A stretch of DNA of 64,000 nucleotides from an uncultured Candidatus Saccharibacteria bacterium (lineage in GTDB: Bacteria > Patescibacteriota > Saccharimonadia > CAILAD01 > CAZGYV01). Location of the stretch: contig CAZGYV010000001.1 of NCBI GenBank assembly GCA_964530725.1, positions 15,829 through 79,828 on the forward strand. Direction: 5' to 3'. Under the pieces are notes generated by a model, which ran no database searches, had not been told where the DNA came from, and saw only the letters and a list, made by a program, of their open reading frames with translations. Each line of letters opens with the position of its first letter. Within the stretch, counting starts at the first letter, position 1. Below, piece by piece: positions 1 to 8,885 of the stretch. Made by a program: the position numbers and the translations under genes.

Positions 1-384
1 AACCCAAAAAATAAACACTTTATTGAGCGGCGATGAGCTGCTGTTGGCAAACGTCAAGATCACAAGTGAAATACCGGTAGTCACGAACAGTGACCAGACT
101 ATAAGCGTGCGGTCTCTGTTTTTTAAGCGCGGCCAGATTAATAAATTATAGCTCAATCCGATAAGCGACAAAGCGATGACAGCGATATTGTCAGGCGGAA
201 AAGTACCAAAACCATGCGTCAATACAATATGAATACTAACAATGGCCACCAGCGCTACCTGGGTGATCGAAGATAAATACATCAGCCAGCGATTAAAGCG
301 GCTATCATCGCTGATGCCAGATTGCACTACGCCAGTCGGCAGCGGCGACGACTGGTTGGGTGGTTGAACGTTCTGCATCGTCAT
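1..384 (-). CDS. Partial CDS (N-terminal part, runs off window start): polytopic membrane protein of unknown function
   Basis: Minus-strand translation from ATG at 384/378 gives MTMQNVQPPNQSSP... followed by several hydrophobic helices; open to position 1. Not in supplied ORF track because truncated. Confidence 0.4.
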   Translation of the reverse strand, partial: MTMQNVQPPNQSSPLPTGVVQSGISDDSRFNRWLMYLSSITQVALVAIVSIHIVLTHGFGTFPPDNIAVIALSLIGLSYNLLIWPRLKNRDRTLIVWSLFVTTGISLVILTFANSSSSPLNKVFIFWV

Positions 385-460
385 AACTAAATTGTAGCAT
401 AAGCAAATTAGCCAGTGTTGCTTTTGAGTTTCGCCATTTGAGCTATAATTATCAACGAGT

Positions 461-1468
461 ATGCAAGCGGCAAATAAAATACCCATTACCGTCTTAACTG
501 GCTTTCTCGGCGCCGGCAAGACAACCGTGTTGAATTACATCCTTGTCAGTGGCCAGGGGCGTAAATTTGGCGCGATCGTCAACGATTTTGGTGATATTGG
601 CATAGATGGCAAGCTGGTGGAGAAAAAAACCGACAAGCAGCTCGAGCTAAGCAATGGCTGCATTTGCTGCAATCTGAACAATATGGACCTCACAGAGGCG
701 ATCGATCAGTTCACTCACCCTGCTTCACCGATGGATGAGATCTTGATAGAAGCTTCGGGCTTGGCCGCGCCCAAGGAGCTGCTGCTCACCTTGCGTGAGG
801 TGTTGAGTGAGCGAGTCGCATTGAGTGCCATCATTTGCGTCTTGGACGGCGAAAATTTCCTATCACTTGATAGTAATGAGGCTAAAATGGCTCGCGACCA
901 GATTAAATACGCTGATTTTGTACTGATCAATAAGTGCGATCTGATTGGTCAGAAAACCCGCCGCGAAATAGAGCAAATTGTCTTGGAGGCCAATCCCAAG
1001 GCGCGCCTGTTTGACATCGAGTACGGACGGGTTGATATTAATATTTTGCTCGGCAGTGGCCTGTCGAGCGCGTCAGATAAGTTACCGGATGGTACCAAGG
1101 CCGATCACGCGGCCCATCTTCACGGGCAATATCAAAGCCTTAGCTTTACTAGTGATAAACCGCTCCACCCGCTGGCCTTTCAGGAGTTTGTTAATAAAAA
1201 AATCCCCCGCCAGATCTATCGTGCCAAGGGCATAGTTGACTTGGGTGGCAAGGGCCACGATCGCAAATATATTTTTCAACTGGTGGGCGCGCGGGCTAAT
1301 CTGTCTTGGGAGGATTGGGCTGGTACAGCGCCAAAGACGGAGCTGGTATTTATTGGCCGAGATTTCGATGAGGATACGCTCAAGCGTGACCTCGAGGCTT
1401 GTGTGGACAGTGATCCGGCGAGTCAGCTTGAGGGCATGACGGTGCGCCTGCCTCGGCGTAATACTTAA
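461..1468 (+). CDS. CobW/YjiA/COG0523 family G3E P-loop GTPase (putative zinc metallochaperone)
   Basis: N-terminal Walker A GFLGAGKTT, CxCC metal motif (GCICCNL), NKCD-like guanine specificity motif (INKCDL), typical C-terminal CobW domain. Confidence 0.8.
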   Translation: MQAANKIPITVLTGFLGAGKTTVLNYILVSGQGRKFGAIVNDFGDIGIDGKLVEKKTDKQLELSNGCICCNLNNMDLTEAIDQFTHPASPMDEILIEASGLAAPKELLLTLREVLSERVALSAIICVLDGENFLSLDSNEAKMARDQIKYADFVLINKCDLIGQKTRREIEQIVLEANPKARLFDIEYGRVDINILLGSGLSSASDKLPDGTKADHAAHLHGQYQSLSFTSDKPLHPLAFQEFVNKKIPRQIYRAKGIVDLGGKGHDRKYIFQLVGARANLSWEDWAGTAPKTELVFIGRDFDEDTLKRDLEACVDSDPASQLEGMTVRLPRRNT

Positions 1469-1474
1469 GTGTTT

Positions 1475-1666
1475 TTAGCCCGAACAAAATAGTCGATTTA
1501 TTATCAACTGCTTTGATCGGTCTTGCTGCTTAGCAGGTAGCCAAGCAGCAAGAGGCGGATTGGTAGGTTGTCGTCCCTTAGCAGATGACTGCCAGTAGAG
1601 CAGCATCACCAGAGCGAGCAAGATGATCACAGCGGTGACTAGGTGGCTGTAAAAGCGTTCCTTCAT
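1475..1666 (-). CDS. Small membrane protein (63 aa), translationally coupled to cmk
   Basis: ATG at 1666 overlaps the cmk TGA stop (ATGA); AAGGAGGT 7 nt upstream; single TM helix (VTAVIILLALVMLLY). Track ORF 1475..1738 trimmed to this internal Met. Confidence 0.4.
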   Translation of the reverse strand: MKERFYSHLVTAVIILLALVMLLYWQSSAKGRQPTNPPLAAWLPAKQQDRSKQLIINRLFCSG

Positions 1667-2517
1667 CCTGTACCTCCTTGTCTTGAGAGACAGCTGTAAG
1701 TTCTCACGATTAAGCGAGTGACAGCTTCTAGCGAACAATCAGTGTTGTCAATGTAGATCTGCAGTTTGGGATTCTCATGGCATTTTCTAGCCAAATCTAC
1801 CGCCATGCGGTTGATATCTTCGGCCCGTGAGGAGCTATGACTTTCTGACCAACGGATGTTTTTCCTATTCTTGCGATCTGCCGGTCTGAGCGGCGCGACC
1901 TCTCGGGTGGCATCGAGCATATCGCGCTCGGCTATTTGAGCGACGATGGCCTGAAACGCGCCGTAGTCATCAACATCTTCACCCGATTCCATCATCCTGC
2001 GACGGGCTCGCTCGCGCGGGTCGGTATCGAGAAAGACGGCTAGCTTGAAGTCCCCGCGGTGCTCCCAGTAGCTGGATCTGCCATCGACGATTGCCACTTC
2101 TCCCCTGTCGCCGCATTGGCGCGCGAGGTGTCTGGTGCTTGCAATAACCCATGCACGCACTTCTGGCAAGCTAGAAACTAGCGAAACGTTTTTCTCGACT
2201 TCTCTACTACGAATGAACCGACTAATATCATCACTTTCGTAGTAAACGGTATCATCTCCTGCATCCATATGGACAAAGCGCCCGTACTCAAGAGCATTTT
2301 CGATAATAGCTCGTTGGGCAGCTATACTATGAGGATGATCAGATGAAGTAAGAAGCCTCTGGGTCGCTCTGCCGCCGAGTGCCGCGTAGGTGATGCCGCG
2401 ATAAAGCGCGCCGGTGTTGATGACCCAGCCATTGAGCTGCTCGGCTACCCGGCGAGCTGTCGTACTGCAGCCCGTGCCGGCCGGCCCGTCGATCACGATC
2501 ATGTTGAGCGCTGTCAT
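1663..2517 (-). CDS. cmk: Cytidylate kinase (CMP kinase), with ~40-aa insertion near C-terminus
   Basis: IVIDGPAGTGCST P-loop, NTGALYRG, IVDGRS...FLDTDPRERARRR and ERD...REVAPLRPA motifs collinear with E. coli Cmk; 284 aa vs ~225 typical. Confidence 0.75.
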   Translation of the reverse strand: MTALNMIVIDGPAGTGCSTTARRVAEQLNGWVINTGALYRGITYAALGGRATQRLLTSSDHPHSIAAQRAIIENALEYGRFVHMDAGDDTVYYESDDISRFIRSREVEKNVSLVSSLPEVRAWVIASTRHLARQCGDRGEVAIVDGRSSYWEHRGDFKLAVFLDTDPRERARRRMMESGEDVDDYGAFQAIVAQIAERDMLDATREVAPLRPADRKNRKNIRWSESHSSSRAEDINRMAVDLARKCHENPKLQIYIDNTDCSLEAVTRLIVRTYSCLSRQGGTG

Positions 2518-2756
2518 TTGTTACCCCAATCTGGAAAAGAACGAAAAACCATCTCCGCTTATAGAGATGGCCTACCTTCCATTATTATATAATTATGTGC
2601 TGATAAGTCAATGGTGAAGTGCCACGTTACGAATCGGCACCTTATCAAGAAGGATCAGCCTCCTACTATCGACTACCAGTGTGGGGTGAAACTAGCGGCA
2701 TAAACGTGCGAGCCCCCGGAGAGACCCGCAGTATTGCAGGTGTCACGGGGGCGTGA

Positions 2757-3116
2757 TTAGCCGACTATGTTGAGGTGGGCTTGGGTGTGTGGGACGCTCT
2801 CGATGGCAACGCCACGCGAGGTGAAGAAATTGTTGAGAGCACGACTGATAGCGGCGTGCAGACGTACCTCGTACAGCTCGCGGCTCTCGGTGAACCAGGC
2901 TAGAATCACCAATTCGATGTCGACTGGCAAACTCTGGCTCTCGAAAATACCGTCGGTCTTGACGGTTCTGCCGGGAAAGAGGTCCTCGCCGAGCTCATCG
3001 TTGAATACCCTGGCGACGATGGCTTCGGCTTCTGAGGCGAATTGCTCGACCGTGAGGTTGAGGTTGGCCAGGGTATCGCGCCCTGCCTGCTTGGTGTAAA
3101 TGACATGGTGCGGCAC
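2757..3116 (-). CDS. Hypothetical protein (119 aa)
   Basis: Long ORF with protein-like composition on minus strand; opposite-strand ORF 2767..3099 is Arg/Ser-rich shadow. No recognisable motif. Confidence 0.4.
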   Translation of the reverse strand: MPHHVIYTKQAGRDTLANLNLTVEQFASEAEAIVARVFNDELGEDLFPGRTVKTDGIFESQSLPVDIELVILAWFTESRELYEVRLHAAISRALNNFFTSRGVAIESVPHTQAHLNIVG

Positions 3117-3249
3117 AGTTGCCCCTTTCAGAGCGGATCTGGTTGTTAAGATGGTCTTATCGACCCCACAGCCTGCAAATTACTTTGTAAACTCTGAGGT
3201 CGACCGGGGTGCTCTATGCGCACCCCGGAGCGATCCTTACTGAATGGAG

Positions 3250-3741
3250 CTAGTTCGCGGTCGTCGGCCAGGGGTCTCCCTCGGTAAGGTGTCTGATGAG
3301 CTTGTCATGCCAGTCGTCACGAACCACGTTGATGAACGTGGTGCCGCCTCCGACGCTCTCGTTGAGGGACTCGTTGCTGGTGCAGATCACCATAATGCAA
3401 TCAAGCCAACTGGCTCCGTAGCGAGCACCGCAGACGTGCTTGGTCAGGACGGAAAATGTATTGCCGTCAAGCTGAACCGACAGGAATGCACCGGTGGCCA
3501 AGTCGGCAGTCGTGGGGTAAATGCCGGCGTGGGGCTGGGAGCGCTCCAAGACGGAGATATCCTCGTCGCTAACATCGAGAGCCTGTTGGTAGGCCTGCGC
3601 GTGGCTGACGAATCGCTGCCACATGCTGGCCTCACGGCTGGTGGTTTCGTCGATGATCGAGCGTACCGCATTTCGAAAGCCCATAGGGCTCCTTTCACTT
3701 GAAGGATCGTCATTCACCGCGGATGCGGCAAATGTGTTCAT
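3250..3741 (-). CDS. Hypothetical protein (163 aa; alternative start at Met20, coordinate 3684)
   Basis: Minus-strand ORF with balanced composition; antisense ORF 3244..3702 is Gly/Val/Ala-rich shadow. No recognisable family. Confidence 0.4.
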   Translation of the reverse strand: MNTFAASAVNDDPSSERSPMGFRNAVRSIIDETTSREASMWQRFVSHAQAYQQALDVSDEDISVLERSQPHAGIYPTTADLATGAFLSVQLDGNTFSVLTKHVCGARYGASWLDCIMVICTSNESLNESVGGGTTFINVVRDDWHDKLIRHLTEGDPWPTTAN

Positions 3742-3869
3742 TGCGCGAACCTGTAGATATTAGCACAACTATTGCTTTTTATCAAGGTTTGTGGTGTGAT
3801 TTCGTTTATTCTTCTTAGGACAATTGGCCGGGAGAAAATGCTCGAGGGCGCTGCTTGTTCCGGCATGAA

Positions 3870-3900
3870 AAAACCCGAGACTTAGACTCGGGTTTTTTCA
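3870..3900. terminator. Orphan bidirectional intrinsic terminator-like hairpin (AAAAAACCCGAG-ACTTAGAC-TCGGGTTTTTT)
   Basis: Perfect 7-bp GC stem flanked by A6 and T6 runs; sits at left edge of the AT-rich islet with no adjacent convergent gene. Confidence 0.5.
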
Positions 3901-4044
3901 TGGTGAACGTGGTTGAATCGAATTGGAACGATATCCTTATGGAGTTCAGGCGACTCCATCACCTTATCAGGGGATTATCTCTGGCATAATCCATTCGCTA
4001 CGGTGATAGAACTAGTTTATGCTTGACACATAATGCTAATGCTT

Positions 4045-4071
4045 TTGTTATAGGCTTCTGAACCCTATAAT
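4045..4071 (+). promoter_or_regulatory. Putative promoter of KAP NTPase gene (TTGTTA-15-TATAAT; additional TTGACA at 4023-4028), near-leaderless
   Basis: TATAAT at 4066-4071 only 10 nt before ATG 4082; upstream TTGTTA/TTGACA -35-like hexamers. Confidence 0.3.
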
Positions 4072-4081
4072 ACAGTGTAAT

Positions 4082-7000
4082 ATGTCTACATTACATAAAA
4101 GAGTATGGGGTAAAATCAAAAGCTACTTTGTAAGGGATGAAGCCGAGAAGCAAACACACCCCCTAAAGTCTCTCAGGCCAGCAAAGAATATTGATGGTCA
4201 CTCCGCTTATGTTGACGACATCGCTGAAGCGGTTGCAAATGATGACATTCTGAATATAGCCCTTACTGGCAGCTACGGTTCTGGTAAAAGTAGTATCCTC
4301 AGAGTCTTCAAGGATTCAACAAAGAAGAATAAAGTAGTCCAAATATCGTTCTCAAGCCTAGGGGCGAATATACAGGGTTATATCAATAAGTCTGAAGATG
4401 ATGAACACGAGAAGCTAAACAATCTCACAAACCTAATCCAAAAAGAGATAGTCAAACAGATACTCTTCAAGGAAAAGTACAAGAATATACCGTATTCAAA
4501 GTACAAGAGAGTCTCCAGCCCACGCTTGCCCCTAGTTTTTCTTAACGCATCATTAATATCTATAGTTCTGTTGGCCGTATCATTCGCAAACGGGTGGCTG
4601 GCTCAATTGTTTAAAGTTGCAGCCATTTCGGATTTCTGGTGGCAGGTAGCACTCTGTGCAGACCTATTCATTATCAGTACCTCGCTTATTGCTATCTTCG
4701 TGCTTACGCTATCTGGCAAAATACGGATAGATAAAATTGGTGCATCTTCAATATCATTATCACTCTCGGGAAGTGCAAGTTATTTTGACGAATACTTAGA
4801 TGAGATTATCTACTTCTTTGAAGCTGGACGATACAACGTGGTTATCTTTGAAGATATTGATAGGTTTGAGAGCCTTTATATTTTCGAGACCCTTCGACAG
4901 CTCAACACCATTCTGAATAACTCAGAGCAGATAAAACAACCCGTGACTTTCATCTACGCAATTAAAGACAGTATTTTCGCCAAAGAAGTTGTTGATGCTA
5001 AGAACGACCACAAAGAGCGAAGTGCAAACAGAACCAAGTTCTTTGACCTCATCATTCCTGTAGTTCCTTTCATTACTAATGTGAACTCACAAGACCACAT
5101 ACTTCAGGTTTTTGATAGCGAGTACCGAGACATCATCAGAGAGCCAGCCTCAGTAGTGGCAAAGCATATTACTGATATGCGTCTTGTGGTTAACATCTAT
5201 AACGAGTTTCTAATATTCAAGGATAAAGTTGTACTCCCCGACTCAGGCTTATCTCTGGATAAGTTATTTGCAGTTGTTGCTTACAAAAACTGGAATCTGG
5301 ATGAGTTTGAAAAAGTTAAAGATGGTGATAGTTCAATCGATAAGGTTATTGCTGCACACAGCAAATATGTTGACGATAGAATACGTACCATTAACTCTGA
5401 GATACGAAGCAAAGAAAGTGCCCTAAAGACTATCAATGCCATTGCTGAACGGTCACAGAGCTTAGGTAAGGTTCTTACCGACTATATAGCCGATGTATTG
5501 CGACAGGTGCAAGGTTCTGCTCAGTCCTATAGCCTTAACAGCACTTCTTATGACTTAGAAGATTTCACAACCGAAGATTTTTGGAGCGATATCATCAAAG
5601 GGGGTGAGACCAGTACTCTTATTGTCACCTATCGAGCATCAACTGGCTACACACAAAACCTTACACTGACGGCAGCCGACATCAGTAGTATTTGTAGCGA
5701 CAGCCTTGATAAAACCCAGTGGGATACAAAAGCAGCAGAAGCTATTGAAGACGAAATAGGAGTACTACGAGCCGAAGCTAATAAACTCCCATACCAAAGT
5801 ATCAAGGAACTCATTCAGGAATCACCAGAGTTTCTCGCTAAATTAAAGGAGCTCGATGGCGGTAAGGTTGTTGCTGACGAGGTAGGATGGCAACTCATTA
5901 AGGCTGGCTATATCGATACCGAATTCGTACACTACACCTCGCTATACTACAGCACCAGCATGAGCCTCAAAGCTCGTAGCTTCTTGCTAAATAATGTCCG
6001 ACTGAACAAACAGTCTTTGCATCACAAGTTTGAAAACGATGATGACATACAAGCACTTCTAGAAAAAATGGGCAGTACCTATCTTAATGATAAGAGCATG
6101 TACAACATCTCAATAGTTGATTACTTGCTCAGGAAGGATGACTCAAGAGTAGATAAGATAATAGCTAACTTGGCAGGCGGTGACGCTGACGACCTTCAAT
6201 TTATCAATGCATATGTGAAGGAGGGTTCTGAAGTAACCAAGTTTATCCAACAGCTTGCTGCACGATGGGATGGAATCTTTACGTATATTACAGGTGATAA
6301 CGAAATGGATGATAAAAAGAAGGGTCGTTTCATTAGCCTTGCATTAACTGCTGGTTCTGAGAGTATCAAGTATAAAACCAATCCATCCGTTAAAGGTTTT
6401 ATTGAGGCCAATAAAACAAACGTCCAGATACTTACAAACGATAACCAAGATAGCTCAGCCGTTGATGATGCTTGCCGATTGCTCATGCAGTTTGGAATTG
6501 AATTCGATACTCTTGATAATCTGAACGAGCAAGCAAAGGAAGCCGTAAAAGATTATGGTCTCTATACGGTCAATGAGCAGAACATGACATCTATCCTTGG
6601 AAGTCCAAGAGTGCCTTTGGATACAATCAAACGCACAAATGAATATGTCTACTCTCACTTGCTAGGGCATCTTGGTGAGTACGCAGACCTATTCCAGAAT
6701 CGAGCAGGCTCAGAATATGCACTTGCAGGCGAAGACGGATTTGAAGCAGTAATTGATGAGGTGTCAAAGATTTCGATGGATGACTTAGGATTAATTCTGG
6801 CTAATGCTGACCTGTCGAACTGTATCGTTCAAGATATTAATAAACTTGGTTCAGACACATGGCCTCTACTGGTTGAGAATGTCATTCTGTCCAACACTCT
6901 AAGTAACGTTCTGACATACTTTGAGCTGTCACATGCCGATGACAAGACAGTAATCAATGACCTGCTGGCTACATACCTTACTGAGGCTGAAACGGTTGTA

Positions 7001-7753
7001 CTTGATAAAGACTTTGCGGAGTATACTGCAGAAAATGTAAAGACCTTTGTTTTGGCCGTAGTAAATAGTTCAAAAATCGATGTGGAGACCACGGTTAATA
7101 TTGTCCATGATTGCTACACCGAAGACTACATTGACATATCAGATATTAAACCCCAAAACGGTAGCCTCTACGGTGCGTTGCTATCAAAGGACTGCATCGA
7201 AGATACGCAGGCGAACTTCGAGGCAATTAGAAACCTTTCTTGGGAAACGAAAAGCTCATACATAGCAAACTCCAAGAAGTTCTTAGAGTACATTGCAGCC
7301 CTCGCTCTCACTACGGACGAGCTAAACTCTATTGCTGAAGACGGCTCAATTCCTGATGCCGTTAACGAGTATATAGTCGATAACATCGTTGCTTATTCTG
7401 CTGAGTTATCTATCATGTCAGCTGCACACTTTGCCGAGTTTGCATTACGTAAGTCGAAGGTACTCAGTGCTGATTCACTTAAGGTTATTCTTGACGGAGC
7501 GGATAAGGAAACTAGCATTAAGCTCATAGGTCTAGCTTTAAATAATCTCGACTTTTCAAATATGCTCACACTCATGCCAGTTGTTGGTGGAGAGTATAAG
7601 AAGCTATCCGAGAAAAACAAACGACCATTATTTGAGAATACCGACTACAACTTAAACCTCATTGCCCGACTTAAAGAACTGGGCTTGGTGAGTAGTTATG
7701 AATTAAAAGATAATGAAACAAAAATAAAAGTAGTTATGAAGTCACGATGGTAG
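4082..7753 (+). CDS. KAP-family / YobI-like P-loop NTPase with transmembrane helices inserted in the NTPase domain (1223 aa)
   Basis: Walker A LTGSYGSGKSSIL at residues ~60-72. Two to four hydrophobic helices (LVFLNASLISIVLLAVSF..., LCADLFIISTSLIAIFVLTL) lie between Walker A and Walker B (VVIFEDIDRF). This matches the KAP NTPase architecture. The long C-terminal alpha-rich region and overall size are similar to B. subtilis YobI (~1200 aa). Confidence 0.65.
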   Translation: MSTLHKRVWGKIKSYFVRDEAEKQTHPLKSLRPAKNIDGHSAYVDDIAEAVANDDILNIALTGSYGSGKSSILRVFKDSTKKNKVVQISFSSLGANIQGYINKSEDDEHEKLNNLTNLIQKEIVKQILFKEKYKNIPYSKYKRVSSPRLPLVFLNASLISIVLLAVSFANGWLAQLFKVAAISDFWWQVALCADLFIISTSLIAIFVLTLSGKIRIDKIGASSISLSLSGSASYFDEYLDEIIYFFEAGRYNVVIFEDIDRFESLYIFETLRQLNTILNNSEQIKQPVTFIYAIKDSIFAKEVVDAKNDHKERSANRTKFFDLIIPVVPFITNVNSQDHILQVFDSEYRDIIREPASVVAKHITDMRLVVNIYNEFLIFKDKVVLPDSGLSLDKLFAVVAYKNWNLDEFEKVKDGDSSIDKVIAAHSKYVDDRIRTINSEIRSKESALKTINAIAERSQSLGKVLTDYIADVLRQVQGSAQSYSLNSTSYDLEDFTTEDFWSDIIKGGETSTLIVTYRASTGYTQNLTLTAADISSICSDSLDKTQWDTKAAEAIEDEIGVLRAEANKLPYQSIKELIQESPEFLAKLKELDGGKVVADEVGWQLIKAGYIDTEFVHYTSLYYSTSMSLKARSFLLNNVRLNKQSLHHKFENDDDIQALLEKMGSTYLNDKSMYNISIVDYLLRKDDSRVDKIIANLAGGDADDLQFINAYVKEGSEVTKFIQQLAARWDGIFTYITGDNEMDDKKKGRFISLALTAGSESIKYKTNPSVKGFIEANKTNVQILTNDNQDSSAVDDACRLLMQFGIEFDTLDNLNEQAKEAVKDYGLYTVNEQNMTSILGSPRVPLDTIKRTNEYVYSHLLGHLGEYADLFQNRAGSEYALAGEDGFEAVIDEVSKISMDDLGLILANADLSNCIVQDINKLGSDTWPLLVENVILSNTLSNVLTYFELSHADDKTVINDLLATYLTEAETVVLDKDFAEYTAENVKTFVLAVVNSSKIDVETTVNIVHDCYTEDYIDISDIKPQNGSLYGALLSKDCIEDTQANFEAIRNLSWETKSSYIANSKKFLEYIAALALTTDELNSIAEDGSIPDAVNEYIVDNIVAYSAELSIMSAAHFAEFALRKSKVLSADSLKVILDGADKETSIKLIGLALNNLDFSNMLTLMPVVGGEYKKLSEKNKRPLFENTDYNLNLIARLKELGLVSSYELKDNETKIKVVMKSRW

Positions 7754-7919
7754 ACGTGGGGTGCGGTAGGGCTCGCCAAGCGTAGCGGCACAAGTCCTGT
7801 TTAGCGGGATACTACTTTATAGCATAAGCATGCCATAAGCAAAAAACGAAAACTCCATACCTCTGCATCTGTAAATTGGCGGATTTCTAGTAGTTTTTGG
7901 CTATGACTAACTATACGTA

Positions 7920-8414
7920 TTAGTAGCTTTTAGGAATAGCCTTACAAACTTCATCAAGAAGCTCATCAGGACTCATGTTGAGGTTTTGGTTTAAGTCTTT
8001 AAACTCCATAGTTATCATCACATAGACCATAGTCTGGAAGTTATTTGGGTGTTCTAGCTTCTCTGCAACTTGGGTTGTATATGCAGTTAGTCGTAATAGT
8101 TCGTCTGGCTTTTTGAATCCAGTTCTTGCAGAGACTGTCATAAGTCGCAACTCTTCCTTACTGGCATTAGGATTCTGGCGTTTATGCATGTCATACATCT
8201 TCTTTTGCGTCTTGGCTATTGAAACAGGACTACCTGCTTTTTTGAATAGTCCACCAATCCACTTGAAGATAGCAACAACCCAAAAGAACAGACCAAACCA
8301 TACAAGGATACCCGCAAACATTGAGGGTAGTAAATGGAATATACTAGGCAGCATTAAAGCTAACCCGATAAGGAACAGTTGATAAGGCTTAATACTTTTT
8401 CTTTGCTTCGACAT
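7920..8414 (-). CDS. Small 2-TM membrane protein with cytoplasmic C-terminal domain (164 aa from Met at 8414)
   Basis: AAGGAG 6 nt upstream of ATG 8414 (MSKQRK...); track start at 8510 lacks RBS. Convergent with KAP NTPase gene. Confidence 0.45.
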   Translation of the reverse strand: MSKQRKSIKPYQLFLIGLALMLPSIFHLLPSMFAGILVWFGLFFWVVAIFKWIGGLFKKAGSPVSIAKTQKKMYDMHKRQNPNASKEELRLMTVSARTGFKKPDELLRLTAYTTQVAEKLEHPNNFQTMVYVMITMEFKDLNQNLNMSPDELLDEVCKAIPKSY

Positions 8415-8455
8415 GTTTTTCTCCTTAAAAATAAAAACGACACCACGCTTGGTGT

Positions 8456-8558
8456 CTAAACCAGTAACAGAGTTTTTAAGCCCGATTACTTCGCATGGTG
8501 CCGTTTTCAAGGCTTAAAACCACGCAAAATTACTTGCGGTACTCTATAACTGGTTTAG
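8456..8558. ncRNA. Structured intergenic element: nested inverted repeats (outer 17-bp IR 8456-8472/8542-8558, 15/17 match; inner perfect 9-bp IR 8474-8482/8511-8519)
   Basis: CTAAACCAGTAACAGAG ... CTCTATAACTGGTTTAG and TTTTAAGCC...GGCTTAAAA read directly from sequence; lies between membrane-protein gene and recombinase promoter. Confidence 0.35.
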
Positions 8559-8856
8559 ACTATTTCATTATATAACAAAAACACCCCCATGTTGCTCAAA
8601 TCACCCCTGAGCCCAAACGATATTTTGCGTTTAAAATCAAAAGTTGATGTTATGCCCATCTCGTAGATAAAAGTGCGTGTTTTGACGGTTTATTTACAGT
8701 ATGTTGGTCGATTATTTTGCTTCCAAAATTAAAAGATGAGCATAAGTCCACCTCACAAATATGAGCGAAAAAAATGAAGCAAGTTCAGCGGTATTTCCGA
8801 CCACTATGGAGTTTTTGGTTATCCACAGACACTTGTCAAAATAAACATAAAAGGTA

Positions 8857-8885
8857 TTGACTTTTTGGGCAAAGTTTGATATAAT
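8857..8885 (+). promoter_or_regulatory. Consensus sigma70-type promoter TTGACT-17 nt-TATAAT directed toward small ORF and serine recombinase
   Basis: TTGACT 8857-8862, 17-nt spacer, TATAAT 8880-8885; ~270 nt upstream of ORF 9155. Confidence 0.5.

Noticed and set aside
2518-2756. A 240-nt intergenic region with several short hairpins (e.g. CCATCTC-N8-GAGATGG at 2548-2569; CCCCCG...CGGGGG 2713-2750) was inspected for a tRNA or riboswitch.
   Set aside because: No tRNA-like T-loop or anticodon arm, and no recognisable riboswitch consensus. Possibly just a terminator or 5'-UTR.
1-3750. Moderately elevated GC (~55%) of the cobW-cmk-hypothetical segment as a second HGT island.
   Set aside because: GC is heterogeneous (40-65% in 60-nt windows) and only mildly above core. 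Genes are housekeeping-type. Evidence is insufficient versus normal intragenomic variation.
7920-8510. Track ORF start at 8510 giving a 196-aa protein.
   Set aside because: The N-terminal 32 residues run through a structured IR element without RBS. The internal ATG at 8414 has AAGGAG at ideal spacing.
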